Notes: generated by a model not told the origin, from the sequence alone. Positions 18,612 through 28,720 are shown, numbered from the stretch's first letter. The stretch is 64,000 nucleotides of DNA from Nitrospirota bacterium (GCA_963754875.1 CAVWHO010000007.1:96001-160000); one strand, 5' to 3'. Made by a program: numbers and translations.

Positions 18612-19463
18612 CTACCGTTGCACCGTTTTTCTTACGACCCGCACGGCTGCTCCCAGGGCGCCCGTGGAAGTGACCTCGGACTGCATATCAGCAGAGCCGC
18701 CCGCAAGCAGCGGGGTTACCGGCCTGCCGGCATTGTGTGCCGCGCTTACAGAACCGTTCAGGCAGCGCTGGACCCCGGTCAGTATCATGTTGCCGCCACC
18801 AGAACTGGAGCCGCTGTAGACAATCTCCTCACCTTCGATAGTAACGATCCCCGAACCAAGGAACTTTACATTCGCCGCGATACGAAAGCTTGCAGGGCTG
18901 CTGCAGGAATTGGCCAGCGCATCGACAAGAGTGGTCACGGGATAGACATTGGTCCCTCTGCTGAAGCTGTTTGCCGCTGTGGCTATCGTGCCGATGGTTT
19001 GTCCACGGGCAGTTAGAGTGAACGTGTTTGCATTGAGAATCGTATATTGCACGAACTCAGCGCCTGCAGTAACGTCATCATCGATTTGCAGAATGCCGCT
19101 TGGCGGAAACCCGTTCGTCGTGTAAACGGTAGCGGTCCCGGCCCCTGCGAGCAACCTTCTTTTAAGCGTCGTTGCAGGCACCCTCGTGGTTGCAGTAAAG
19201 TTTCCTGCGCCGAGATTCGTCGCAGGGGCCGTGAACAGGGGATCTGTTGTGCCCCGGTACCAGTCGAGATTTTGGGCGAGGGACCGCTGTTCAAACTCAA
19301 TGCCTCCCTCGGCAATGAAAAACGCCTGCAGAGACTGCAGGTCGTTGATAGAGCTGAACGTGCCGGTATTGACGAGAGATACAAACATCGCGCCCATAAA
19401 TGCCAGGATCACAATAATGAATATCGCGATGATGATGGAAGTGCCTTTTTGATTTCTGATCAT
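18612..19463 (-). CDS. PilX/MshP-like minor pilin
   Basis: QKG|TSIII leader without Glu5; QAFFIAEGG. Confidence 0.75.
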   Translation of the reverse strand: MIRNQKGTSIIIAIFIIVILAFMGAMFVSLVNTGTFSSINDLQSLQAFFIAEGGIEFEQRSLAQNLDWYRGTTDPLFTAPATNLGAGNFTATTRVPATTLKRRLLAGAGTATVYTTNGFPPSGILQIDDDVTAGAEFVQYTILNANTFTLTARGQTIGTIATAANSFSRGTNVYPVTTLVDALANSCSSPASFRIAANVKFLGSGIVTIEGEEIVYSGSSSGGGNMILTGVQRCLNGSVSAAHNAGRPVTPLLAGGSADMQSEVTSTGALGAAVRVVRKTVQR

Positions 19464-19521
19464 TGCGTCTGCAAATCCCCATGGCCCTTAAGTGGGCAAA
19501 GGACTTGATACCTTCACGATG

Positions 19522-20067
19522 TTAGAAGTTCATCGGGTGCACTCGTGTTTGTATTGTCAGGGATTGAGTCCCCTGCAGGGCCGTTATTTTTATCACTACA
19601 AACCAAACCTGATCGGCTGTTACAGCGACTGTCGTCCCATCCTGCTGAAAATAAGAGAAAGAAGAATTGGCCGGGTCAATAGATGATGCCAGGTTGTTCC
19701 AGCCGCCCCAAGCCAGAGGACTGCAGGTGGCGCTTTCCTGGCGTCTCACCGTCGTACCGCTCACCTGAAATTCAACGGCCTTGCCCGTAACATCGCAGAA
19801 GACCAGGTCCGTTGATATCATTGTCAGAATGTCGGTCGGTGTGGCGTCCCGGATAAGCCGTGCTTCCCGGGCGATGCGTTCCACGGCAAGCCGCGCCTGG
19901 TAGTGGACATCACTGCGCGTGTCCTCGGCGGAATAGGACCTCACCCCCTGCATGACGATCAGGGCGCCGATCCCGGAGATGATAGATACGATCACGATCG
20001 TGATGATGATCTCGATAAGGGTGAAGCCTGCGCTTCGTGTCCTCTTAGGTTGTTTACCAGTACGCAT
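19522..20067 (-). CDS. Minor pilin (MshO/PilW-like)
   Basis: G|FTLIE; ARLAVERIAREAR. Confidence 0.8.
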   Translation of the reverse strand: MRTGKQPKRTRSAGFTLIEIIITIVIVSIISGIGALIVMQGVRSYSAEDTRSDVHYQARLAVERIAREARLIRDATPTDILTMISTDLVFCDVTGKAVEFQVSGTTVRRQESATCSPLAWGGWNNLASSIDPANSSFSYFQQDGTTVAVTADQVWFVVIKITALQGTQSLTIQTRVHPMNF

Positions 20068-20085
20068 GATATTGTTCGGATTGCA

Positions 20086-20532
20086 TCAATAATTAGCAAG
20101 AAGTGTTACAGCCGTGACGTTTCCTATAGCCGCATTCGTTATTGTAACTGCTACCCGTTTATAGTTGGTCGCAGTGTTGCAGGCACCGGTATTGTCCAGA
20201 CTTCCTGATGCGACATAGCAGATGTCCAGACTGCAGTTGAACCCTGTGAGCATGGCCGTATTACACCCTTGGCCCGTTCCCGTATTAAGAGCTGCCGCGG
20301 AAAATCCGTTTGCATTCTTGATGCCGATCACAGCGTCAAGCTCCCCTTGCGCCAACTCCGTTGCCTGATCAACGACCACCGGATTGGCGCTTCCTCGCAT
20401 GCCCGTTGTAAAGACCGACAACACGCCAACAGCTGCGATGGACAGCACGACGAGCGTAATAATGGTCTCGATCAGCGTAAAGCCGCCTGTATTTTTGTTT
20501 GCCCTCAGCCCGCTGTCCTCAGCTCTCTGCAT
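20086..20532 (-). CDS. Minor pilin (MshD/PilV-like)
   Basis: G|FTLIE; QATELAQ...YKRVAVTI. Confidence 0.8.
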   Translation of the reverse strand: MQRAEDSGLRANKNTGGFTLIETIITLVVLSIAAVGVLSVFTTGMRGSANPVVVDQATELAQGELDAVIGIKNANGFSAAALNTGTGQGCNTAMLTGFNCSLDICYVASGSLDNTGACNTATNYKRVAVTITNAAIGNVTAVTLLANY

Positions 20533-20533
20533 C

Positions 20534-21031
20534 TCAATTCACCGCACCGGTTTGGGCCGTGATCGTTAAAGTCCCGGCGGTCACGAGATTCGAATAAACA
20601 GTGATTACCGCTCCGTTGCCGACCGTTGGAGAACCCAAAGAGTTGAACTCGACGTATCCGCCTGCCGGAGTACTCACCGTAATCCCGGTATATTGACCGG
20701 CATTCAGTGCTATACTCAGATTTCCGCTCTTCGCAGGGTCCATCGCAACCTCGCCTGCCTCACCCCATGTCCCATTCCCGTTCAGATCATTCACTACGGC
20801 GTATCCGGGGTTGGGTGACGGTGCAGTGTTGAAATAAACGCGGAATCTCCTGTTTTGAGACATGGCCAGGTTCTGCGCGTAGCGAATGTCGGCTCGAAGT
20901 TTGTGTGTGAACGCCCCGGCGTTCGTTGAAGTTACGTCCCCTAGCCTCGGCGCGGCGAACACAGAAATGATGCTGATGAGGACAAGGATCATGATAAGTT
21001 CAAGTAAGGTGAAACCCCTTTGGGTCATCAT
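20534..21031 (-). CDS. Minor pilin (MshC/FimT-like)
   Basis: G|FTLLE; LRADIRYAQNLAM; EFNSLG; AQTG. Confidence 0.8.
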   Translation of the reverse strand: MMTQRGFTLLELIMILVLISIISVFAAPRLGDVTSTNAGAFTHKLRADIRYAQNLAMSQNRRFRVYFNTAPSPNPGYAVVNDLNGNGTWGEAGEVAMDPAKSGNLSIALNAGQYTGITVSTPAGGYVEFNSLGSPTVGNGAVITVYSNLVTAGTLTITAQTGAVN

Positions 21032-21042
21032 AATGATTCGTC

Positions 21043-21077
21043 AAAAAAAAACCGCCCCCTGTGCTTTTGGGAGCGGT
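21043..21077 (-). terminator. Intrinsic terminator after the major pilin gene
   Basis: Minus strand ACCGCTCCC...GGGGGCGGT followed by a long T-run. Confidence 0.7.
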
Positions 21078-21147
21078 AAACATTATATTATATGGAAATC
21101 AACCATACTGTTGCACAGTTCTCGCACTGCAAGCGGCTCAACCTCTG

Positions 21148-21597
21148 TTAGCAGCCCGTCGTAGTCGTTGAGGCGGTATAAACTCCGCCAGCTCCGGCCG
21201 CTTGCGTATAACTCACCGAGCAGTTTGCGGGTGTGGGCGCGCCGTTCAGCGTAAAGGTTGCAGGTGCGCCGGTGTTATAAGTAAATCCCGACATGTTCGC
21301 AATGGCTGCATTAATTCCACCCGTGGCCGAAGCGGGGAAACCAAACACTGTGGTAACACTTGTTCCACCTACGGTTACGGTACCAGGGTTGAGACTGGCT
21401 TGACCATTAATAATAGCAGCCGCATTCGTCATGGCAGCGGCACCGTTCACGGTGGCCAGCATGCCGTTTACGGCAGAAACTCGGGCGTTGGTCGAAAGAT
21501 CGATATACCGGGGGATCGCTACAGCCGCCAAAATTCCAAGGATCACGATTACCATGACTAATTCAATCAGCGTAAAACCTTTTTGTGACTTTGACAT
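21148..21597 (-). CDS. Major pilin, MshA-like
   Basis: [30 protein letters not shown]...TTTGC C-terminal disulfide; AAGGAGG RBS. Confidence 0.85.
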   Translation of the reverse strand: MSKSQKGFTLIELVMVIVILGILAAVAIPRYIDLSTNARVSAVNGMLATVNGAAAMTNAAAIINGQASLNPGTVTVGGTSVTTVFGFPASATGGINAAIANMSGFTYNTGAPATFTLNGAPTPANCSVSYTQAAGAGGVYTASTTTTGC

Positions 21598-21656
21598 TTG
21601 GTTCCTCCTTCGAAGTTAAGTAATTAAAATCTATTTTGTGCCACCTCGTCGTTAAG

Positions 21657-22073
21657 CTACCACGTTTCGTACCTCTTTGTTGTTGTTCTCACCTTGCCCT
21701 GAATAGGATCGTAGGTAAACGGCTCCCCGAAAGGATCGACTATATTCCCCTTTGCATCCAATGATTGTTGCGTCAAATACTTTTGCTTGAATATTGACCC
21801 CGAATAAGGATCTTTTCCAATCCTGGCTGGAAGCATCACATCTTTCTCAATAAGCTCACGGAGGCTTTGAGGATTTTTTTTATTCAACATCTTATAGAGC
21901 GAAATGCTCGTCCGTATGTTCGTGAGTGCTGTCTTCAGCGCCACTTCCTGGGCTTTACGGGCCAGTTCGCGGTATTTCGGAATCACAACACCGATTAATA
22001 TCCCGATGAGGCCAAGGGCGATGAGCGCCTCCACGATCGTCAACCCCTTCTGCTTCCAGCAGGGTTTTCTCAT
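21657..22073 (-). CDS. Pilin or pseudopilin-like protein (GspG-like; start may be 22085)
   Basis: G|LTIVE leader; DPFGEPFTY. Confidence 0.7.
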   Translation of the reverse strand: MRKPCWKQKGLTIVEALIALGLIGILIGVVIPKYRELARKAQEVALKTALTNIRTSISLYKMLNKKNPQSLRELIEKDVMLPARIGKDPYSGSIFKQKYLTQQSLDAKGNIVDPFGEPFTYDPIQGKVRTTTKRYETW

Positions 22074-22149
22074 CTCCCAAATCACGAGTTAGTATACAAC
22101 AATTTTGATACAATGCAACAAAAAATTGCTGTAGTCGCGCCCTTAATCT

Positions 22150-23364
22150 CTATTTCTGGAACAAACCGATCATGTTCCACATGGGCAGAAATACGCCCAG
22201 TGCCAGGAACAAGACCATCCCCCCGACAAAGAGCAGGAGGATCGGTTCTAACATGGTCGAGAGGTTCTTGAGCGCATACTCGACATCCATATCGTAATAA
22301 TCCGAAACTTTGTTCAGCATGACATCAAGCTGGCCGGTTTCCTCCCCCACGGCAACCATTTGAACCACCAGTGGCGGAAACAGCTTGGATGCCTCCATAG
22401 GCAGCACTATACCCTTGCCTGTCCTAAGGCTTTCGCGCATTTCTTCCACAGCGCGGGCAATCACCACATTGCCCACGATCTCACCAGCGATACCGAGTGT
22501 CAGCATCATGGACAGACCGCTCTTCTGCAGGGCGCTGAAGACCCGTGCGAACCTTGATAGCGCCACTTTCCGAAACAGGATGCCGAAGATCGGCAGCTTC
22601 AGCTTCAGCCGGTCCCAGTGCCACCTGCCTTGAGGCGTACGCACATACGTGACACCACCCCATACGAGTGCCCCTATTCCCAGAACAATGAAATACCAGT
22701 AGTGCTGAATGGCATAATTGATCCCGATGAGAACCCGTGTCGGCAGCGGGAGCTCCGTCTTGAACTGTGCGAAGATCGCTGCAAATTTCGGTATCACGAA
22801 ACTGACCAGAAATATAAAAGCAGCGACGATGGCGACAACGACGATCAGGGGATAGCGTACGGCCGCCTTCACTCGGGCACGGGTCTCGGCATCATGTTCA
22901 GCCAATGCTGCAAGCCGATTCAGGATTTCGTCGAGGATACCGGCTGTCTCTCCGGCACGGATCATGCTCACATAGAGCTTGCTGAATATTTTGGGGTGTT
23001 TGGCAAGAGCGTCGGAAAAGGACGACCCGGCCTCAACGTCCTGCCTGATCTCCACGATCGCGTCCCGCAAACTGGGATTTTCGGTCTGTTTCTCTAAGGT
23101 GATAAGGGTCTGGATGAACGGTACGCCTGCGCTTAAAAGCGTCTCAAGTTGCCTGCTCAATATGATAAGGTCCTGTGCTTTGATTCGAGTAAAGCTCGAA
23201 AACAGGTCGGTCCGCAGAATCGGCTTTGCCTGCTCCTTGATATCAACGGGTATGAAACCCTGGCTGGAAAGCTGGTCAGCAACAGCCTCCCTGCCGCGTG
23301 CCTCCATCACTCCCGCATGCAGGGCGCCTTCTTTGTCCCTCGCTTTGTATGTGTATTGAGGCAT
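22150..23364 (-). CDS. pilC: Inner-membrane platform protein (PilC/GspF/MshG family)
   Basis: YTYKARD, RQLETLLSAG, AGETAG, VGEETGQLD and LEPILL motifs. Confidence 0.9.
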   Translation of the reverse strand: MPQYTYKARDKEGALHAGVMEARGREAVADQLSSQGFIPVDIKEQAKPILRTDLFSSFTRIKAQDLIILSRQLETLLSAGVPFIQTLITLEKQTENPSLRDAIVEIRQDVEAGSSFSDALAKHPKIFSKLYVSMIRAGETAGILDEILNRLAALAEHDAETRARVKAAVRYPLIVVVAIVAAFIFLVSFVIPKFAAIFAQFKTELPLPTRVLIGINYAIQHYWYFIVLGIGALVWGGVTYVRTPQGRWHWDRLKLKLPIFGILFRKVALSRFARVFSALQKSGLSMMLTLGIAGEIVGNVVIARAVEEMRESLRTGKGIVLPMEASKLFPPLVVQMVAVGEETGQLDVMLNKVSDYYDMDVEYALKNLSTMLEPILLLFVGGMVLFLALGVFLPMWNMIGLFQK

Positions 23365-23373
23365 GATAACCCT

Positions 23374-23505
23374 CGATGGTTTCGTACAAAGTCGTCATTC
23401 CCGCTTGTCGGGAATCATGGTGCGGCACAACGTACTCAAAGCAAGGATTCCGGGCAAGCCGGAATGACGTTAAAAGCGTTAAACCGCCTTTTTGCTCGTT
23501 CATCA
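23374..23505. repeat. ~135-bp nested palindromic element (MITE/REP-like), copy 2, inverted
   Basis: Reverse complement aligns along the full length with 6362-6496. Confidence 0.8.
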
Positions 23506-23597
23506 ACCCTTGAACAATCACCGACCCTGATGCGCTTTTCAGCTGCTCTACGTTAACATAAAACCTGAAACAGCGCAACAAAGGAAGAAATAAAATA

Positions 23598-23626
23598 TTG
23601 ACAAAAACTTCTTTCTGCGGTATAGT
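23598..23626 (+). promoter_or_regulatory. Sigma70 promoter of rho
   Basis: TTGACA-N17-TATAGT. Confidence 0.7.
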
Positions 23627-23948
23627 TTTCAACAATCATAGAGCAGGCCTAATCCAAAACCCCATTTACCAAACCCAACAGATTAATTTCTCAGGTTGAA
23701 AAAAAGTATACGCACCCTATTCACAGAGGAAGGCACGTTCATCCGTAGCAAACTCACAAGCCGGCAGAGTCGTTAATCGTACACCAACACAACCCGACAG
23801 TCTGAGGACCCGCCTCCTTAAAAATCGAAATTATTTGCGCATTCATGCATTCACACACATTCAGGAGCAGTATAAACCACCAATCAATCCCCGTAATTAA
23901 GGAACAGACCCCATCTGCCCCTCAAACCCGGGCCAAGGAGTAAACTTA

Positions 23949-25197
23949 ATGAACTTAGTAGAACTGAAGGGCAAAAGCATCGCCGAACTTACCACCATGG
24001 CGGACGAACTGAAGGTCGAGGGCGTAAGCGGCATGCGGAAGCAGGAACTTATCTTCGCGATCCTGCAGGCCCAGACCGAAAAAAACGGCATGATCTTCGG
24101 CGAAGGAGTCCTCGAAATCTTGCCCGACGGGTTCGGCTTCCTGAGAGCACCGGATTACAATTACCTCCCCGGACCGGACGATATCTATGTATCTCCCTCG
24201 CAGATCAGGCGGTTCAATATCCGCACCGGTGATACGGTCTCCGGTCAGATCAGGCCCCCGAAAGAAGGCGAGCGCTATTTCGCCCTTCTCAAGGTTGATG
24301 CGATCAACTACGAGGACCCGGAGATCTCGCGGACCAAGATCCTCTTCGATAACCTCACTCCCTACTATCCCGGAAAAAAAGATCAAGCTCGAACATTCGC
24401 CCACTGACTACACGACCCGCGCCATGGACCTCGTTACCCCCATCGGCATGGGCCAGCGCGGCATGATCGTGGCCCCGCCGCGGACCGGCAAAACCATGCT
24501 GCTCCAGTCGATAGCGAAGGCGATCCTCAAGAACCACAAGGACATCAAGCTCATCGTACTGTTGATCGACGAGCGGCCGGAAGAAGTCACGGACTGGCAG
24601 CGCCAGGTCAAGGCGGAGATCATCAGTTCCACCTTCGATGAACCGCCGCAAAGGCACGTGCAGGTGGCGGACATGGTGAGCGAGCGCGCCAAGCGCCTGG
24701 TGGAACATAAGAAGGATGTAGTCATCCTGCTCGATAGCATCACGCGCCTCGCGCGGGCTCACAATGCTATCATCCCCGCCTCGGGCAAGGTGCTCTCCGG
24801 CGGTCTTGACGCGAATGCCCTGCAGCGGCCAAAACGGTTCTTCGGCGCGGCCCGCAGCATCGAAGACGGCGGGAGCCTCACGATCCTCGCAACAGCGCTC
24901 GTTGATACCGGCAGCCGCATGGATGACGTGATCTTCGAGGAATTCAAGGGCACCGGCAACATGGAACTGCATCTTGACCGCAAGCTCGTGGACAAGCGCG
25001 TGTTCCCGGCCATCGACATCAACGCCTCCGGCACGCGGAAGGAAGAATTGCTCGTGGACAAAGACGATCTGAACCGCATGTGGGTCCTCCGCAAGGTCCT
25101 GAACCCGTTGTCCACGGTCGAAAGCATGGAGTTCCTGCTCGAAAAACTGAAACAGGCCAAGACGAACCGGGACTTCCTGGATTCCATGAACAAGTAA
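23949..25197 (+). CDS. rho: Transcription termination factor Rho (one +1 frameshift near 24370)
   Basis: GFGFLR and [13 protein letters not shown] in one frame; [18 protein letters not shown] and FKGTGNME in the next. Confidence 0.95.
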
Positions 25198-25300
25198 TTT
25201 TTCTCTTGTATTTTTGAGACGTTTGGTATATCATTCCGGCCTTAACGAATATAGCCACAGCAGGTGCTGTGGCTATGGCTTATTTCAGGAGGACACACAA

Positions 25301-25501
25301 ATGAAGCAGGATATTCATCCCGATTACAAGGTATCGAAAGTGCACTGCGCATGCGGGGAAGCGTTCGAAACGCGCTCCACCAAGCCGGAAATACGGCTCG
25401 ACATTTGCTCTAACTGCCACCCCTTCTTCACCGGCAAGCAGAAGCTCATCGATACCGAAGGCCGCGTCGACAAGTTCAGGAAGAAGTACAATAAGGCCTA
25501 A
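25301..25501 (+). CDS. rpmE: 50S ribosomal protein L31 (zinc-binding form)
   Basis: MKQDIHPDY...CACG...[12 protein letters not shown]. Confidence 0.95.
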   Translation: MKQDIHPDYKVSKVHCACGEAFETRSTKPEIRLDICSNCHPFFTGKQKLIDTEGRVDKFRKKYNKA

Positions 25502-25516
25502 AGCGGACTGCAGATG

Positions 25517-25580
25517 ATAGAGGTCAGATCACAGACGGTAATGCTTGCGTTATCTGTTTTCTGACCTCTGTGTTCTGGCT
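25517..25580. repeat. Heptamer-based inverted repeat
   Basis: AGAGGTCAGA ... TCTGACCTCT. Confidence 0.5.
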
Positions 25581-25598
25581 TAACACGAGGTTTCTGTC

Positions 25599-26504
25599 TT
25601 GGTTGAAAAGTTGAACATAGGCGGGCAGGCCGTGCTCGAAGGTGTGATGATGCGCTCACCCCATGCCTTTACCGTGGCTGTGCGCAAGGGCGGTAGGCCC
25701 GCTGCTGATATCGCGGTCTTGCAGGAAACGATCAGGCCGTTCGGCGAATGTTTTCCGTTGTTCAAGAAAAAAATCATCAGGGGCTCGGTCGCGCTGTTCG
25801 AAGCTTTGTGGCTCGGTATCCGGGCGCTCAATTTTTCGGCGAATGAAGCCCTCGAAGGCGAAGACGGGAAAAAAGAAGAAATCAGCTCCTTTGCCATGGC
25901 AGGGACCATGATCGTAGCGCTGGCCTTCTCACTCGGCCTCTTTCTCGGACTGCCCCTCCTCCTTACCAACCTGCTCGGCATGAAGTACGATGCGGTAACG
26001 AAAAACAGCATGCTGTTCAATCTGACGGACGGCGTACTCCGCGTGGCGCTCTTTCTCGGCTATGTTTCCGGCATCTCCTTCATGAAGGACATCCGAAGGG
26101 TCTTCGAATACCACGGAGCTGAGCACAAGGCTATTGCGGCTTACGAAGCAGGGGTTGAACTGACGGTGGTGAACGCACGGCCCTACTCCCGCATCCATCC
26201 ACGGTGCGGTACGAGCTTTCTGATCGCGGTGATAGCGCTCTCTATTCTCGTTTTTTCCCTGGTCCCGGGCAGCTGGCCGCTCTGGGCAAAGGGTTTGTCA
26301 CGAATCGTGCTCCTCCCCCTGATCGCTGGTTTGGGATATGAGTTCATCAAATTCAGTGCAAAGAACGGCGGGAATCCCTTGATCAAGGGCCTGATGCAGC
26401 CGGGGCTCTGGCTCCAGCGGCTGACGACCCGGGAGCCATCGGACGATCAAATTGAGGTGGCCCTCAGGTCCCTCACCGAGGCCATCGCGATGGAACCCCG
26501 CTAA
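25599..26504 (+). CDS. DUF1385 family membrane protein
   Basis: GGQAVLEGVMMR, FEYHGAEHK, HPRCGTSF, LQRLTTREP. Confidence 0.9.
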   Translation: MVEKLNIGGQAVLEGVMMRSPHAFTVAVRKGGRPAADIAVLQETIRPFGECFPLFKKKIIRGSVALFEALWLGIRALNFSANEALEGEDGKKEEISSFAMAGTMIVALAFSLGLFLGLPLLLTNLLGMKYDAVTKNSMLFNLTDGVLRVALFLGYVSGISFMKDIRRVFEYHGAEHKAIAAYEAGVELTVVNARPYSRIHPRCGTSFLIAVIALSILVFSLVPGSWPLWAKGLSRIVLLPLIAGLGYEFIKFSAKNGGNPLIKGLMQPGLWLQRLTTREPSDDQIEVALRSLTEAIAMEPR

Positions 26505-26518
26505 GGCGGGGTTTTTTG
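26493..26518 (+). terminator. Intrinsic terminator overlapping the DUF1385 stop
   Basis: AACCCCGC-taag-GCGGGGTT followed by TTTT. Confidence 0.7.
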
Positions 26519-26535
26519 TTGGACATTGATCTTTT

Positions 26536-26687
26536 ACCGCAGGCGCGGAGACGCAGAAAAAACAAGAGCCGTATCGACAGAAGTACGTGATCGATATCAG
26601 GTTCTTGGGTGCAGAATATTTTTTCTAATTTCGTTATCGTCGTCCAGTTGATTGTTTTGCCCTTCTCAGCCTCCGCGTCTCCGCGGT
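26536..26687. repeat. Intergenic inverted-repeat element
   Basis: ACCGCAGGCGCGGAGACGCAGA ... TCAGCCTCCGCGTCTCCGCGGT. Confidence 0.55.
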
Positions 26688-26702
26688 TAATCACTTGATA
26701 CT

Positions 26703-27770
26703 ATGCTAAGTAAATTAGACGCAGTTTCAGAAAAATATGACGAGCTGACGAGGCTCCTGTCCGATCCCGGCGTTGCCGCCAACCACCAGCAATACCAGAA
26801 GTATTCGAAGGAGCGGTCGGAGATCGAGGACGTGGTGAACCATTACCGCGCCTATCGTGAACTCCTCAAGCAGATCAGGGAAGCGGAAGAGATCACCCAG
26901 GACAAACAGGCTGATCCGGACCTGAAGGCCATGGCGGATGCCGAGCTCAGGGAACTCCGACCCAAGGTCGATCAGATGGACCAGGAACTCCGGCTGATGC
27001 TCGTGCCCAAAGACCCGCGCGACGATAAGAACGTGTTCCTTGAAATACGCGCAGGCGCAGGCGGGGACGAGGCGGGATTGTTCGCCGCTGAGCTTTTTCG
27101 CCTGTACTCCCGCTACGCCGAGAAGAAGCGCTGGAAAATGACGCTTCTCGACATGAGCACTACGGGCGTCGGCGGGGCCAAGGAAGTCATTGCCCAGATC
27201 CAGGGCAAGGGCGTGTTCAGCAGGCTCAAGTACGAAAGCGGCGTGCACCGCGTGCAGCGTGTTCCCGCCACAGAGGCGAGCGGCAGGATCCATACTTCGA
27301 CCGTGACGGTAGCAGTCATTCCCGAGGCAGAAGACGTGGACGTCCAGATCGAGCAGAAGGACCTCAGAATCGACACGTATTGCTCGTCGGGCCCCGGCGG
27401 CCAGAGCGTGAACACGACCTACTCGGCTGTTCGCATAACTCACATTCCAACCGGCGAGGTTGTTGCCTGCCAGGACGAGCGCTCGCAGCTCAAGAACCGT
27501 GAAAAAGCAATGAAGATACTCAAATCGCGCCTGCTGGAAAAGGAGCGAGAGAAGCGCGAGGCCGAGGAGTCCGCGGCCCGCAAACTGCAGGTCGGCACCG
27601 GCGACCGCAGCGAGAAGATCAGGACGTATAACTTTCCGCAGAGCAGGGTGACCGACCACCGCATCGCTCTATCGCTATACAAGATCGACGCGGTCATGGA
27701 CGGAGACATCGATGAGTTCATCGACGGCCTTACGGCGGCTGACAATGCGGAACGACTCAAAAACCTGTAA
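26703..27770 (+). CDS. prfA: Peptide chain release factor 1
   Basis: PAT motif (RVPATE), GGQ, SEKIRTYNFPQ. Confidence 0.95.
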   Translation: MLSKLDAVSEKYDELTRLLSDPGVAANHQQYQKYSKERSEIEDVVNHYRAYRELLKQIREAEEITQDKQADPDLKAMADAELRELRPKVDQMDQELRLMLVPKDPRDDKNVFLEIRAGAGGDEAGLFAAELFRLYSRYAEKKRWKMTLLDMSTTGVGGAKEVIAQIQGKGVFSRLKYESGVHRVQRVPATEASGRIHTSTVTVAVIPEAEDVDVQIEQKDLRIDTYCSSGPGGQSVNTTYSAVRITHIPTGEVVACQDERSQLKNREKAMKILKSRLLEKEREKREAEESAARKLQVGTGDRSEKIRTYNFPQSRVTDHRIALSLYKIDAVMDGDIDEFIDGLTAADNAERLKNL

Positions 27771-27792
27771 CGTTCACTCCACTTTGATAAAT

Positions 27793-28656
27793 GTGACTCT
27801 TGTTGAAGCAATAAACAATGCAGCAAAACAGTTATCGGCTGCGGGTATAACCAACGACCGGCTCGACGCAGAAGTGCTTCTCTGTCACACGCTCGGAAAA
27901 GACCGCGCCTGGCTCCTGGCCCACATACGGGAACCGCTCAGCAACGAGCTTCGAGGAATCTTTGAACAAAAGATCGATCGAAGGGCCAAGCGGGAACCGC
28001 TTCAGTATATAACGGGACACCAGGAATTCTGGGGCCTGGACTTCGCAGTCACGCGGGACGTCCTTATCCCGAGGCCGGAAACCGAACTGATTATCGAGAC
28101 CGTTCTTGGTTTTACGAAAAAAAAGGACCAGGCAATAACGATCATCGACCTCTGTACGGGCTCAGGCTGCATTGCCGTAAGCCTGGCCAAAGAGTTGGGC
28201 GCTGCGCGCATTTTCGCAACGGATAGATCCGGGAAAGCACTTGACGTTGCCCAAGAGAACGCGCACAGGCACGGGGTTTCAGACCGCATCCGGTTCCTCG
28301 AAGGTGACCTGTTCGGCCCCTTAGATGAACTTGACATCCTTGGCCGTACGGATATCATTGTGGCAAATCCCCCCTACGTTCCATCGGGAGATTACAGCAC
28401 GCTTCAGGCCGAGGTAAGGGATTACGAACCGGAACTGGCGCTCATCGCCGGACGGGATGGCACGGAAATTCATCAGCGCATACTTAACGAGGCGCCGCGT
28501 TTTCTCAAAAACAAAGGTCACCTCATCATGGAAATGGGTATAGGGCAAAGTGGTGAGCTTGTGCACAGGATTCGGGAAACCGGCGTATTTGCTCTGCCGG
28601 CTGTTCTCAGGGACCTTGCGGGTATTGAGCGGGTCATAGTCGCAACAATCAAATGA
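27793..28656 (+). CDS. prmC: Release factor glutamine methyltransferase
   Basis: EPLQYI, LIPRPETE, DLCTGSG, NPPY; GTG start assumed. Confidence 0.93.
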   Translation: MTLVEAINNAAKQLSAAGITNDRLDAEVLLCHTLGKDRAWLLAHIREPLSNELRGIFEQKIDRRAKREPLQYITGHQEFWGLDFAVTRDVLIPRPETELIIETVLGFTKKKDQAITIIDLCTGSGCIAVSLAKELGAARIFATDRSGKALDVAQENAHRHGVSDRIRFLEGDLFGPLDELDILGRTDIIVANPPYVPSGDYSTLQAEVRDYEPELALIAGRDGTEIHQRILNEAPRFLKNKGHLIMEMGIGQSGELVHRIRETGVFALPAVLRDLAGIERVIVATIK

Positions 28657-28720
28657 ACCTCGACCACAAATCGACCCTGTTTCAGTCTTTGGACAGAGTT
28701 CATCGGCGGTTACATAAATC

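Noticed and set aside
21625..21645. Sigma54 promoter (TGGCAC) upstream of the major pilin
   Set aside because: No TTGC -12 element at the required spacing
26727..27659. Long antisense ORFs (also 29159-30013, 43204-44145, 44070-45092, 50792-51751, 59921-60817)
   Set aside because: Shadow ORFs opposite well-supported genes with GC-biased codons
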